NCBI GenBank assembly: GCA_030264375.1
Contig: JASCQW010000162.1
Location: forward strand, 103,586,866 to 103,650,865
DNA: 64,000 nt
Direction: 5' to 3'
From: Carcharhinus longimanus
Taxonomy: Eukaryota
Shown: in pieces, positions 37,800 through 50,460 of the stretch
Position numbering within the stretch: the stretch's first letter is position 1
How the letters are laid out: every line of letters starts with the position of its first letter
Position numbers and translations under genes: made by a program
Notes under the pieces: generated by a model
Told to the model about the DNA's origin: nothing
The model's database searches: none
What the model saw: the letters and a program-made list of their open reading frames with translations, nothing else

Positions 37800-39270
37800 A
37801 AAATATTATACTTTTGTTTATGCTGAGCATGCTGTCTGTGGATGTACGTGATACTATCCACCGTGATATATTTTGTCCACTTTTCTGATCCATGCCTCAA
37901 AAATGCTGGATGGTGTCATTCAGGCAGTTTTGTTGGCTTCGTACTGTGTGGCTAGTGTTTTCACTACCCGCAGCATAGTGGCTTCCTGGACATTGCTCTC
38001 AAAAGAAGTGGCAACAGTTTGGTGTTCTCCATGTTGGCATAGACCACAGTGGTTATACTTTCGTTGCTCTGTGTTTCACCATTACCCATCTCATATTTAA
38101 ACATCAAAAGAACAGTCTGGCAAAAGAAGGTAAAAATTCTAGTTTCATCAGTGTTAAAAATGTCTTGTGGTGCATACTCGTTTAAGATGTGGAGACCATT
38201 TTGGAGCCAATCATTTGTCATTGCTGCCGTAACTACTGCACTCTTACTCATCACGCAAAAGACGCAAAAGACAATGTCATGCCTGGTCTTGACTAGGTCC
38301 AGTCATCCATCACTGCAGATGAAACCATACGGCCCAGCTTCTTTGCCAGGATGACTCCCCTTGCTGCAGGATTGGGCAGGACATGGGAACATTCTCTGCT
38401 TGGACTGCCTTGAGCGGCACAGGGCAGTGGTTAGCACTGCTGCCTCAGAGCTCCAGAGACCCGAGTTCAATTCTGGCCTTGGGTGACTGTCTGTGGAGTT
38501 TTCATGTTCTCCCCATGTCTGCGTGGGTTTCCTACAGCTGCTCCAGTTTTCTCCCACAATCCAAAGATGTGTACGTTAGATGGACTGGCCATGTTACATT
38601 ATCCCTTATTGTCCAAAGATGTGTAGGATAGGGGAATTAGCGAAGTAACTATGTGGAGGTAGGGCCTGGGTAAGATGCTCTATCACAGATTCGATGCAGA
38701 CTCAATGGGCCAAATGGCCTCGTTTGCACTGTTGGAATTGTACCATTTTATGCTTAAACTCTGTAGCTGAGCTTCTTCAACATTGGGATAGCAGCCATTC
38801 TCATTCTTTTTCTTGCCGGAGGAACATCTGTTTGTCAAACTGTTCCAAGATGTTCACCTTGTGTTTCATAATGGTGGACATATTCAGTGGTGGAATCTCT
38901 CACTCCTTCATGATGTCAGCTTTCCAATTCAGACCATGGTATTCCACTTGCTCTACTAACTTCACCTTCTCGCCAATAGACAATACTTTTAACTTTCTCA
39001 CAGGTTCAGTCATACTCTCAGGCTTTGCATGGCCTTTCACAGGCAGATTCAATGCTAAATGACGGCTTGCCCAGTGCGCCATGATTTTACACAGTTGTAT
39101 GGTCTGACTCCATTCTGATTGATTGTCTTAAAACAGCTAATCCAGAGTATGGAATTTCAGCTCATCACAGGTATTGTTCTATGGGACTGTTGTCTGACCA
39201 GTGGAAATGATTGACAACTAAGACAGTACAGGAATTTTGTGTTGTCTAAGTTTGACTCATTATGATTTCA
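37800..39270 (-). mobile_element. Tigger/TIGD-like pogo transposase relic, split by an HE1 SINE
   Basis: RKLKVLSIGEKVKLVEQVE..ADIMKE*EIPPLNMSTIMK..RKRMR..YPNVEEA [SINE] AENVPMSCPILQ..FICSDG*LD..RH..YAPQDIFNTDET..YEANKTA*MT: CENP-B-type HTHs plus DDE_1, with stops and frameshifts. Confidence 0.85.
38413..38752 (+). mobile_element. Full-length HE1-type SINE
   Basis: gcagtggttagcactgctgcctcag A-box region, gagttcaattc B-box, core tgtggagttttcatgttctcccc, CR1-like tail. Confidence 0.9.
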
Positions 39271-40574
39271 ATTATGTCGCTAGGTTACACAAGCAAACTG
39301 ATTAGAAATTAAGTGATGAAAAAATAGAAGTGGAAAAGATACCCTCTATTACACTTAATTAACAAGGCAATTATTGTTTGGCTCTCCAATTTATTTTCTT
39401 ATAAACAGAATATATAACATATTAGAACAGTAAATCATTTTCAGTTGTACTGGACCTCAAGTCTTATAGGCTATTAATTCTTCTTGTGGAAAAATGAACA
39501 ACACTGGGCACAGATGCTGTAGAGAAGAAGAAAATATACAAAATGGCTGACTAATTGAAACACAAAGAAATGGAAATCAATCCTGTTGCAAAAATGAATG
39601 CAAATAAGCTCTCTCACATTTTAAACTGGCAATTAATTGCTTAAACATTTGTTTAAAAAATGAGGAAGAAATGCTGTGGCTGACAAATTCATCCGCAAAG
39701 AAATGTGGAATGAATTATGAGAGAATAAAAGTGGGAATACAAAGAGAAAAAAATATTGAAAATGTGAATTTTATCCATTGTTTTCGGTTCCCCTGAGCAA
39801 CACATCACCGAACAATTGAAAAGATGGACAAATTGTAGTGAACTGACTATCGAGGTAATCATGTGGGTCTTTCAGACGGGCGTTGATCAGAATTAAATTC
39901 TGTGCGCAGACAAACATCTTTTACATACGTGACTAATATATTCTGCTGGGGAATAAGAAGAGTATTTCCATTTCAACAGTTAAAGCACCACAAAAACAGT
40001 GGGAAATTTCAACATAAATGACAATTCTCCCAACACGAAAGACATAAATTTTAAAAACTTGTTGTTCTTAACAAATTATGGGAAAATAGAATGACTGGGA
40101 GCGGCTAATTATTTCAAGTTGTTTGCCTAATTCATAGGATTACTGTTTCACTTGTACTTCTGCTTTAATCTAGGATGTACTACACTTGGCTGTCACCATT
40201 GCGTGAAAAACTTAGACAAATTCGGCTCATCCAGAGAAAGTAACTGAAGCTCATCATTGGTATTGTTCTATGGTACTGCTATTCAGCTGGTGGAAATTGT
40301 TGATAACTAACACAGTACTGGAATTTTGTCATCCAAGTTTCACTCATCATGATTACACTGTATTCAATTATGTAGCTAGGTTACACAAGAAAACTGATTA
40401 GAAATTAAGTGACAAAAATTTAAAGTGGAAAAGATATCCTCCTTTACACTTAATTAACAAGGAAATTATTACTTGGATCTCCAATTTATTTCTTTCTAAC
40501 AATATGTAATTTAATAGAACAGTAAATCATTTCCAAGGTACTGGACTTCAAGTCTTATAGGCTATTAATTATTC
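39134..40574 (+). repeat. Diverged ~350-bp direct repeat pair (39134-39483 and 40223-40574)
   Basis: Shared collinear blocks, e.g. ggtattgttctatgg, gctaggttacacaag, aaactgattagaaattaagtga, tacacttaattaacaagg, tcaagtcttataggctattaatt. Confidence 0.9.
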
Positions 40575-41009
40575 ACCCTACATCTGCTACTAGTTTTTAA
40601 AACTGCAGATGACAACACCTTCCATAAAGAGCTTTGCCACAAGCATAGCATCTCAGATCCATTTACTTTCTCACATTTTTTTCTTGATTGCTATCATTCA
40701 GTAACAGTTAAATTCTCAGTCAGGAATGAAGCTGTTCCTGCCGCTACCAGCTACTGCTGTCATAAGATTTGCTTTTATTTCCACTGTGAAACTGAATAAA
40801 ATTGGTTCAAAGTAATTTGACTGCTGGATATGGGCTCCTGCTCACCTATTTTTGTATCTGCAGCACCTTGTCATGTAATCATAGCAATGAAACAGGAAAA
40901 ATACGTCCAGAATGAGGCTTTTAATACAAACATCTTAATTAGGCATGTGCAGTACATAAAGTATGAATGAGGAATTTTTCAAATCCAAGTTAAGATTCTT
41001 TCTTTGCCA

Positions 41010-41262
41010 TTTTACAAAATGTTGAGAGGAATAGATAGGGTGGACTCTCAGAGGCTATTTCCCCGGGTTGAAATGGTCGCTACGAGANNNNNNNNNNNNN
41101 NNNNNNNNNNNNNNNNNNNNNNNNNNNNNNNNNNNNNNNNNNNNNNNNNNNNNNNNNNNNNNNNNNNNNNNNNNNNNNNNNNNNNNNGTGTTGACGTGAT
41201 CGGCGCAACTCGTGGGCCGAAGGGCCTGTTTGTGCTGTAGTGTTCTATGTTCTATGTTCTAT
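41010..41262 (+). mobile_element. Young CR1 3' end spanning gap 41088-41187
   Basis: YKMLRGIDRVDSQRLFPRVE; tail (gttctat)3. Confidence 0.88.
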
Positions 41263-41349
41263 TTTAGAAACAAATATTCAAATAAAATTTTAATAAATTT
41301 ACAATATTATACACTTAGATTTTGAATGAATTCCTTATAACATTTATGC

Positions 41350-41600
41350 AAAACGTCCCAAAACACATGACACTATAAAACTACCAAGCCGCACACGAGG
41401 AGATACTAGGTCAGCTGGCTAAAAGTTCGATTAAGAAGTAGGCTTTAAGGACACCTTAAAAAGGTGAAAAGCTAATTGGAGGTGGAGAGGAATGGGGAGG
41501 GAATTCCAGAGCTTGGAACCCAGGCAACTGATTCACAGCCACTAGTGGTGGAACAATTACAAATGCGGAATGTACAAGAATCTAAAAATGCTGTCAGTTT
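41350..41600 (-). mobile_element. L2-type 3' tail relic
   Basis: gggagggaattccagagcttggaacccaggcaactga and ggctttaagg motifs; reverse of the repeat type at 58840-59245. Confidence 0.55.
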
Positions 41601-43651
41601 CATCCTTCAAAGGAGGGGGCAGGTTCCATGGCTCAATCCATCCCATCACAGCCCACCGCCAGAGTTCATTAAAATGGCTGAGGGTGAGAGCAAAGGTAAG
41701 AATGAAGGCCGTTCAGCTCGGTGGCCTGTTTGTCAGTCCCATCTCCTATTAGCCCCGACTAAAATCATGAAAACCAGGCTCAAGATATCCCAATTACATG
41801 GTGCAGTCTAGATGGACTACTAAGTTCCCCATGCAGTGGCATCCCTGCCAGTAAATTATCAATGCAGTAGGTCATGGTCAATAGTTGACCAATTAATGAC
41901 TTTAATTGACTGCGGAAGTTCCAACGTCAAGAATATCTCATGGCAGCAACAGGACATTGGGTTCCCCTCTCAATGCCTTCTGCCACCATTTTATGAAACA
42001 TTCTGCCTCCCAGGCTATAGCAGAAGGACATTGTGTTAAAAATCTCTTTAGAATCTGGATAGTATCACAAAGGAAAACTCTATGGATTAACAAGTTAGTG
42101 TCATGCTTAGACTCGGTCTTATGATGCTGAAAAACCAATTAACCTTCCTCTGAAGCAATAATTAGTTTCCATTTAGCCTCTTGTTTCTATCCAATCATAT
42201 GACACACAGAAATAGCTTTGCACTTAACCAAGATACAGATAATATAGACCTGATCCTTTCACACTTAGTTCATATGGTGCATTGAGCTTTGAGGGCACAG
42301 AGAAAGCATGCATTATGTATTTTTGAAGTAGTTATTAACATACATTGTAGAACAGTACAAGTTTACTGTTTGCAGTACAAAACCCACACGGCTAATGGGA
42401 AGCTGTTCAGCATTCTATGATTTCCCACTCAATTTAGTTTGTCTATTTGAATATTCTTGACACTCATTTTGAATACCAGCTTTGTGTGAGCACAGAAGTG
42501 TAAAATTGCCTCTCAACTGGTCCATTTTTAATGGAAAATCATCTCCCAAAAGAATTTCTGATTTTCTTCATTATGATTTCAGGGATGCTGTTCCATGGTT
42601 TCAATATTGGATCCACAGCAGGGAGTTTCTCAGCACCATAAATTTATCTTTCAAAGGATTTACACCTTTAATCTACAAAATTTGCAATATGTCAAGAATC
42701 GGTTCACAATTGGATACAGAAACTATCCACTTCTTCGCACCCTCTCTTCCACAATCCCCACATCATCTTTCAGTGTGCAACTGAACATCAAACCACAAGA
42801 TTTTATGGTAAAAGATCTACACCTGATATGTTAACTTTTTTGCACTCTCGACAGATACTTATTGATCTGTAAGTGTTTCCAGCATGTTCCACTTTTGATT
42901 GATTTCCAGCAACCAATTCCTTTTTTAAACCCAAGAACTGAACTAACAAACCATGGGCAGAGGTTTTCTTTACAAAATTAATGCTCAAGAACTTGACCAG
43001 ATACAACATAAACAAATTATAACCAAAGCAAAATCTAAACTTAAATTTTCCATACAATTTTCCTAATGCAAGGCATCATAGTTTTAACCATTTTACCCAT
43101 TTGCACACCATACATCTGAGATCCCTTTGTCTCTTCAATTCCAAAACAAAGAGAGCTGGATATTTTTATTTTCACTGCATAATATCACTATTTCCCCAAA
43201 TTTACTGCTGCACAGAATTACATAGAATAAACAAAACAGGAGCTGACCATTCCGCCAAAGTGGTCCATGTCAGCATTTATGCTTTACTTGACTCTTCTTC
43301 CATCCATCCTCATCTAATTCTATTGGTATAACCCTCTATTCCTTTCTCACTCTTGTGTTTCTTCTGATTCTACATAAATGCTTCCATATGATTTGCCTCA
43401 AATACTCCCCGTGGTACAGAGTTCCACATTTTCACTGCCGTGTGGGCAAATATATTTGGTTTTTTCCTTCCTCCCTGAATAAAACGTTAGCTGGGCTATT
43501 CACGGATATTATTCTTTAACCAAAAATAGTTTTGCTGTGGGGGTAATTCTAGAGCCAAACTGTAATATAACCTGGCCCACAATCAGAAAAATACACAGAA
43601 TAAGAGGTTGTTCATTCAAATATCAGTGTTCAGTCACAAACTCTGCGATTT

Positions 43652-44110
43652 TAAGAACATAAGAAGTAGGAGCAGGAGTAAGCCATCTAGCCCTTCGAGC
43701 CTGCCCTGCCATTCAATAAGATCATGGCTGATCTGAAGTGGTTCAGTTCCACTTTCCTGCTTTCTCCCCATAACCCTTAATTCCCTTGTCTATCAGAAAT
43801 CTATCTACCCGTGACTTAANNNNNNNNNNNNNNNNNNNNNNNNNNNNNNNNNNNNNNNNNNNNNNNNNNNNNNNNNNNNNNNNNNNNNNNNNNNNNNNNN
43901 NNNNNNNNNNNNNNNNNNNACCCGGCAAACTATTCGCGTCCTCCTCCGTGAAGACCGAAGCAAAAAACTTATTTAAGGCCTCAGCCATTTCCTCATCTCC
44001 CACCACTAAATCCCCCCTCTCATCCTCTAAGGGTCTTCACTCTAGCCAGCCTCCTCCTCTTTATATATTTGTAAAAACTCTTACTGTCCTTTTTTATATT
44101 TAGTGCTAGT
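43652..44110 (-). mobile_element. Young CR1 spanning gap 43820-43919
   Basis: GDEEMAEALNKFFASVFTEED on one side of the gap and the 3' tail aagaacataagaagtaggagcagg on the other. Confidence 0.88.
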
Positions 44111-47100
44111 ATTTTTTTTTGTCTTGAATCTCAGGCTTGGTTTTACAAGAGTTGCATCAAGTCACCTCTTTAGAGTTTGTTACCTCATCCCAAACAGCTT
44201 CATTGTTTTCAGCAGGTGAAGAATTTTGATTTTGCTACGTCATATGGAAAAATAAATACATTAAAATTCAGTATGATGCTCATACTATCACCTCAAAATG
44301 ACACTAATGGCAGTACTATACCACTAATCTTCTCAAGCTCAAAATTCTCCTCCCTGATACAATGTAAGCTTTACTTTTTTGATATTTGATACAATTTATT
44401 AATTAGAATATATTAGCATCTCAATTTTACATGCCCACCAGTCTACTTGCCTAGGTTCCTTGTCACAGCATTGACTTTTCTCTGCAATTCAAGTGGATAG
44501 GAAGAAAACCAACAGTATGCATAACATATAGCTAACATGAAGTTTATATTACTCTCATTTCCCCGCCATCTGTCTAAATGTTACAGTTTCAAGTACAGTA
44601 TATTCTTTCAAGGACTATATTTATAAGAACATTCACAGGTTTCATTAGCACATTAAATCTTCAATTTTATTTAAAATTATGTATTTGAATAAACTTTACA
44701 AACTACCATGATTAGATAATGATTTTTATTCCAACGGGATAAAAATTGCATTAAAATCCAATTTTCCTCATTTATTTTATATTTCAAGTAAAATCACAGG
44801 TCATTACTCATACTGGAATGTGTATGATTAATGGATCAATTTAAAGTTGTCTAAGCCATGCAAATGATTCAAATGCAGACATATACATAACATAAACAGC
44901 GATGGAATCAATCTTAATCAATGCCTCTTCAAAGCATAGGTGTCTTTTTTTTAAAAGTGAAAAGGGTAATAGTTCAGGAATAGGAACAATAATATATTTT
45001 GTGAGAGCAGCTTTATGCCTTGAAATCAGGCTACTAGATGAGGGACTCAAAAATAGTGTAGGTATTTGAATCAAACTCATTAAGGATTAGTACAATAGCA
45101 TTCAAAGAATGTAATTTCAAAGCTTTAGTGTGTTCACATAGTCATTTCAGAAGTGATTTTTGGGGTTTCCTGTGAGCCAGATGTGCTGGTTTCGCAACAC
45201 TTCTGATAAATGCAGCCTCTTCAATTGGATACCTACATTGATTTCCTCTCACGGCTCCATCTTTTATTTGATTTGTGGTTGATGGTGCTTCTCCTGCCGA
45301 CAGTTCCTCTATGTGGAACTTCAACTGCCTCAGTTTTCTGCAAGACTGGTCAGACTTGGCTCTGAAAGCTCTCATGGAGCAATTTGTTTCTCTAAAACAA
45401 ATAACACATTTTCCCCAAGCACTAATAACTGTTCAGCAAGTTTTAGATTTACCTGTATTTATTAAAATTATTATATTTCATGGTCACGCAGAAGGGACAT
45501 TCGTGAACAATATTTTTGCAGTGACTGTTAATAGAAAATAGGACATGATTATTACAATGAGCTGGATTGTCAGGTTTAATGCCTCTCATTTTAAAATAGA
45601 TATGAAAAAGGTCAATGATTTTTTTGATTACTATAGGTGTTATTCAGAACATATAGTGTAAGAGTTTAAAATTTTACTTTAACATCTCTTTTATATGAAT
45701 ATTTGTTATAAGTGTCAATTATTTTGTTGCCTCATGCAGGCCTGGACACAAACAAAACAATCTAAATTAGCAAAGTGACTTCATAATATACATTTCAATT
45801 AAGAGTCAGCATGCACCAACATACACTGGAAGGAATTTTAATTTTCAATGTTGGCATAAAATGGAAACTAATGAAATGACCACCAGACGTACAATTGGCA
45901 TGATACTGACCAATACAGCACTTTTGAAAGTTAAAATTATCCCACCATACACTCACTCCTGCAATCTAGGTGCTGTTTTAACTCAGCTGCACAGCAGGAA
46001 CTTGGTAGGCATGCAGTTAAAATCGCCCACATTACCAGCTTCCCAACACTGACGAAGTCCAACTTGCTTTATTGAACAAAAACACATGCACAAAACTGGT
46101 GGAGTCCTGCTTCACGGATACACATTGAATCCTAATGAAATCACTTGACTACCATTTTAACAGAAGCACGAATGGAGAAGCTGCTGTTTCTTTTTTACTG
46201 AGTGAAAGCTGGTCAGGACCTGCCAGGAAGGCAGTGCCAAAAAAGGTTCTTCTTTCCTTTAAAAGAAAGGGGATTTAGGAAAGCTTAGCCTTCCACTGCT
46301 GTGGACTGTCACATTTCCCAAACACGAGATGGCCCAGAAACTAAGGCATCATCTCCCTTATGTGGTAAGATGGCTGTTGATCCTAGCTACTTACTACTGC
46401 TTCCTTCCAACTTCTCGCCCATTCTAAGTAGAAAATCAGCATGCAAGATTTAAATAAATCCTGGCGTAAACATTTTTACAACATTTCTGGAACAACGATG
46501 AGTTTCCAACTTACCTCTCTGCAGCTAGTCCACCTCACATCATCCCATTGGGGATCTAGAAAAACTGAATGCGTTGCATTTGTAATTTTAATATATTTAG
46601 CAAGTTTTCAATATTTAAGAAATCCTATCTTGCTTGACTGCTACTACTTTTACCTTCACAGTTCACCTGTGCAATCTGTAATGTCTCCATTCAAATTAGT
46701 AACTCCACTATTAACACAAAATAGAACTTTAAACAAAATTGGGATAGGTCCTTGCCTTAAAAATTTTTGGAAGGGGGAGAATGCTTCTATTTCATCACAT
46801 TGACTATCAACGTTTAAAATCAGTTTGCTCATCCTCCCAATCCATGAGTTTGGTTGACGTTACAAGTGAGTTGGATCAAACTGAGAGCTTGGTAATGAAT
46901 GAGATGCTAGCTTGATTTTTTAATAAATAAATAAATAGTCAACTGGAATACCACACAAAAATATGAAATACTTGTATTCACTCCTCTTAACTACAAATAT
47001 TCATGTACACAGGAGTGGTGAAGTTAGAGCACGCTTCACGTATTTCTGGATAGGAAATATCGGCATCAAACTGATGTTGATAGGATTTGTCCTGTGCTCC

Positions 47101-47694
47101 AACCATGCTTGTAGTTTAGTGACATACTATTGGGTTAGACCATTTTCCATGAGTTCCTGGCTGCTGCCTGAAATAAGCGGCATCACCCCTCCTGTATGCA
47201 ATTGGGGACCTCACATGTTTCAGGAGCCATTCTGGAGTTCCAACTGCCTTAAGTAGAGAAAGCCTTCTTCCAATCAAAATTAGTTGATCTACATGCTGTT
47301 TAAAAGGGACCACTGGAGGCCACTGTTGTACCTCGGAAAGTCGTTTGATGAAGGATAGAACTGGGGCCAAGTTTTGCACACTTTTGAAACACTTTAGAGT
47401 TACGTATTATAACCATGCACCTCCCAAGACCAAAACCATAGTTTCAGACTATGGCACAAATGAATCCCTGTTAACGCCGAGTACTGGGGTACAACTGAAC
47501 ACAATAATTACCATCAAAAAGTTTAATTTAGTTTATGTACTTATCTAAAGGTGGCACAAGAAAGAGTACCTTTGCCCTGGTATCCCCTCCCATTCTTAAC
47601 TGCCCTGCACAATCCCCAATTCCACAACTTACCTTCAGAGAACTACTGGCCCAAACTGATTGCTACCTATCTCTGGATGTCGCAAAAACCCAGC

Positions 47695-48012
47695 CTGCAG
47701 GTGATCAGGAAGGCAAATGGGATGCTGGCCTTTATAGCGAGGGGGATTGAATATAAAAGCAAGGAGGTCTTGCTGCAACTGTACAGGGCACTGGTGAGGC
47801 CGCAGCTGGAGTACTGTGTGCAGTTNNNNNNNNNNNNNNNNNNNNNNNNNNNNNNNNNNNNNNNNNNNNNNNNNNNNNNNNNNNNNNNNNNNNNNNNNNN
47901 NNNNNNNNNNNNNNNNNNNNNNNNNATCTTATTGAATGGCGGGGTAGGCTCGAAGGGCTAGATGGCCTACTCCTGCTCCTATTTCTTATGTTCTTATGTT
48001 TATGTTCTTATG
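47695..48012 (+). mobile_element. Young CR1 3' end spanning gap 47826-47925
   Basis: QVIRKANGMLAFIARGIEYKSKEVLLQLYRALVRPQLEYCVQ; tail (ttcttatg)n. Confidence 0.9.
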
Positions 48013-49769
48013 TGCAGGAACTGCTCACAGCTCATACACATCAGTAAGGTGAACACCAAGGACCAATTATTCAGGTTGGTCTCTTACAGAATGGATAGAT
48101 CCTGCCTCCTTATTTATCAAAGCAAACTAATTGCCAGATAATTCTGCATTAATTATAAGTTGCTTTAAAATGCTCCTTTAATTTCCTGATTTATTTCTCT
48201 GGTCATTTGGGATATATAAGCTATTATTATGTTTGGATTTCAAATTAACTGCCAACACAATTATTTGAAAGTTATTGCAATTTATTTTATTTTCCCTTGA
48301 ATGTGTTAAATTTTCATTGGTTTATGTCTCTACTGATGCCACTTGTCCACCAGAAGTTTAACATTATCTGCACTAAAATTTACCTTGGATTTTACATCAA
48401 GGTTCTGTACATTGAAGTCATAATGTCACACAGATTAAATTCTTCATTCTATTTGTAATAGCGAGTAGCTATAGCGAGTAGCTTACTTGCAATTTTATCT
48501 CTCATAAGCTGCCCATCAGCTTACTTGGCAACAAACTTCTTCCCACTGTTGGGAGTAATTGGATAGCTCAAAGAGCTGGCTCTGGCTTGTTGGCCCAAAT
48601 GGTCTCCTTCAATATTGTAAGATTCTATGATCATAAATAACATGTGTCCTCTATTCATTAGATCTCTTTCTATGTTTAGGCATTTGCAGGAAATTTTCAC
48701 AGCAAATCTTACAAAACTAAATTCACCAAACATATCGACTGATTTTCAAAACATCGACTCATGGGTCATACTCGTGGACTGGAACCGACGAGAAGGTTGA
48801 GCTTTACTGTTGTTGCAATAGTTGGAATATTGCACTTTACTGTAACTTGCTCATCTTAAGCATGTTCAAAAATGCTGCAGTCATCAGAATACAAAAACAT
48901 TCTGTTCACCATTTTAACACTGGGACAAAGAGTGAATGATTCTTTTCCTTCTTCAATGGTTGATGAAATGCAATAAACCAGACAGCAGGTGCTTTCACAT
49001 AATATAATGTCTTCACAGTCTGTTTTCCACCAAAGTGGATAATTTTGACTTTGGGCAGTAGAGTAAAATCGGCAAAGGCATCAGTAGCACATCTTACATT
49101 TCTCATTATTTTTATCTCCATTGAAGCTGATGTGGGAAAAAAAATCTAAGGGCATGAAACAGGCTTTTGATTCGTGATTACCCATTTTATACAATCATAC
49201 ACAATCAAAATTATTTTCCTTTGGGTTCCAAAAAAAACACAAATCTATTTCATTTTCTGAGAAAATGTGTGTAGCCATTCATACTTTCTAAGAAAACATC
49301 ACTTTCCTTTAGTGTGGGGTATTTATTACAACATTCATAACACTTAAAAACTGTCCAGAGAAAAGAAGCAGGTCTGCAGAAATTTCATTTGGCACATTAG
49401 AGTAGATAGGATTTCAAAGTTGCTAGTTACATCCCAGATAAATTCCTTCACAAGGAAAATGATGGGGCACAGTGAATCCTTCTGTACAGCTGCTTGCTTT
49501 CATAATCTACTGCATGATCTACATCAAAAACAAGACCACAGTGAACTCCCACTTTAATTGCTCTAATCCTAATGCATCTCTGAAAATCTCCTCACCCTTT
49601 AGAACTACTCTAGTTCTGATGAGCTCATGCTTATAAATCTTGAGGTTAGTTGTTGAACAGCTGTAATAATAAAGAACAGATTTGGTAGCACTCTCCCAAG
49701 CCTGAAGATTATGCATTCAAACTCCTGTGCCAGAATTTGAGAACAAAAATTATAAATTTATATATAGAG

Positions 49770-50105
49770 AGTCCTGAAGCATTTCATGAGCTACTCAGCA
49801 CCACGTAAATGAACACTGCAGTCTTTTTGTGCATAGCAAATTTCCACAAGTGGGTAATTAACATTTTGATAATGTTGGTTGAAGGGGGTAACATCAGGGG
49901 AATTCTTTGCTTTTCTTTTAATGCTGACATGGAACAGGACATGTAATGTTTAAGCGGAAGGATGCCACCTCTAAGAGTGCCGCACTCTTCCCTTGGTACT
50001 GTTCTAAAGCAGTAGCCTAGTTATGTGTTCAAGCCCTTAAATGTAGCTTAAATTCACAGCCTTCTGACTTAGGTGAGACTGCTACCAAATGAGCTGAACT
50101 GACAT
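49770..50105 (-). mobile_element. DeuSINE (SacSINE1/AmnSINE1-like) relic
   Basis: gaaggatgccacctctaagagtgccgcactcttccc..gtactg and cacagccttctgacttaggtgagactgctacc match the recalled Deu-domain SINE head in reverse. Confidence 0.6.
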
Positions 50106-50119
50106 TATGCTAATTTAGG

Positions 50120-50460
50120 CTGTCACTCCATTGCAGCACTGCAGGACTACTATACGGTCAAAGTGTCAGCCTTTGAAATGTCAGCATCCACTGAATTGTC
50201 AGCATCCTTGTTCATTCCTTCATCTGGAAGTTCAAGATTCTCTGGCAGTGTTCACATGAGAGCAGAGATTTTTTTCCCTGTGTTCTCACCAACATTCCTT
50301 TCTCAGCCACTAGCAGAAAGATATAAACATTCATGCTGAATGTGCTAAATGGCTGCCAGATTTGCCTACAAGACAATTAGTGCAATTCCACTCATTGCAG
50401 GTGGAGTGTTTTGACATGTTTGAAATGCACAATAATGTAAATGAAACTGTCCCTTTCTTT
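50120..50460 (+). mobile_element. DeuSINE relic, head-to-head with the previous copy
   Basis: ccctgtgttctcaccaacattcctttctcagccac...aaatggctgcc...tgcctaca Deu-domain-like core; tail aaatgaaactgtccctttcttt. Confidence 0.55.

Noticed and set aside
38413-38480. tRNA gene (A/B boxes)
   Set aside because: It is the tRNA-derived head of an HE1 SINE, followed by the SINE core and tail.
45142-45375. 77-aa minus-strand ORF as an extra exon or small gene
   Set aside because: No recognisable homology or convincing splice-site pair; the length is within chance expectation.
48458-48483. 13-bp tandem repeat (atagcgagtagct)x2 and similar micro-duplications (e.g. ~36482-36509)
   Set aside because: Ordinary slippage duplications with only two units.
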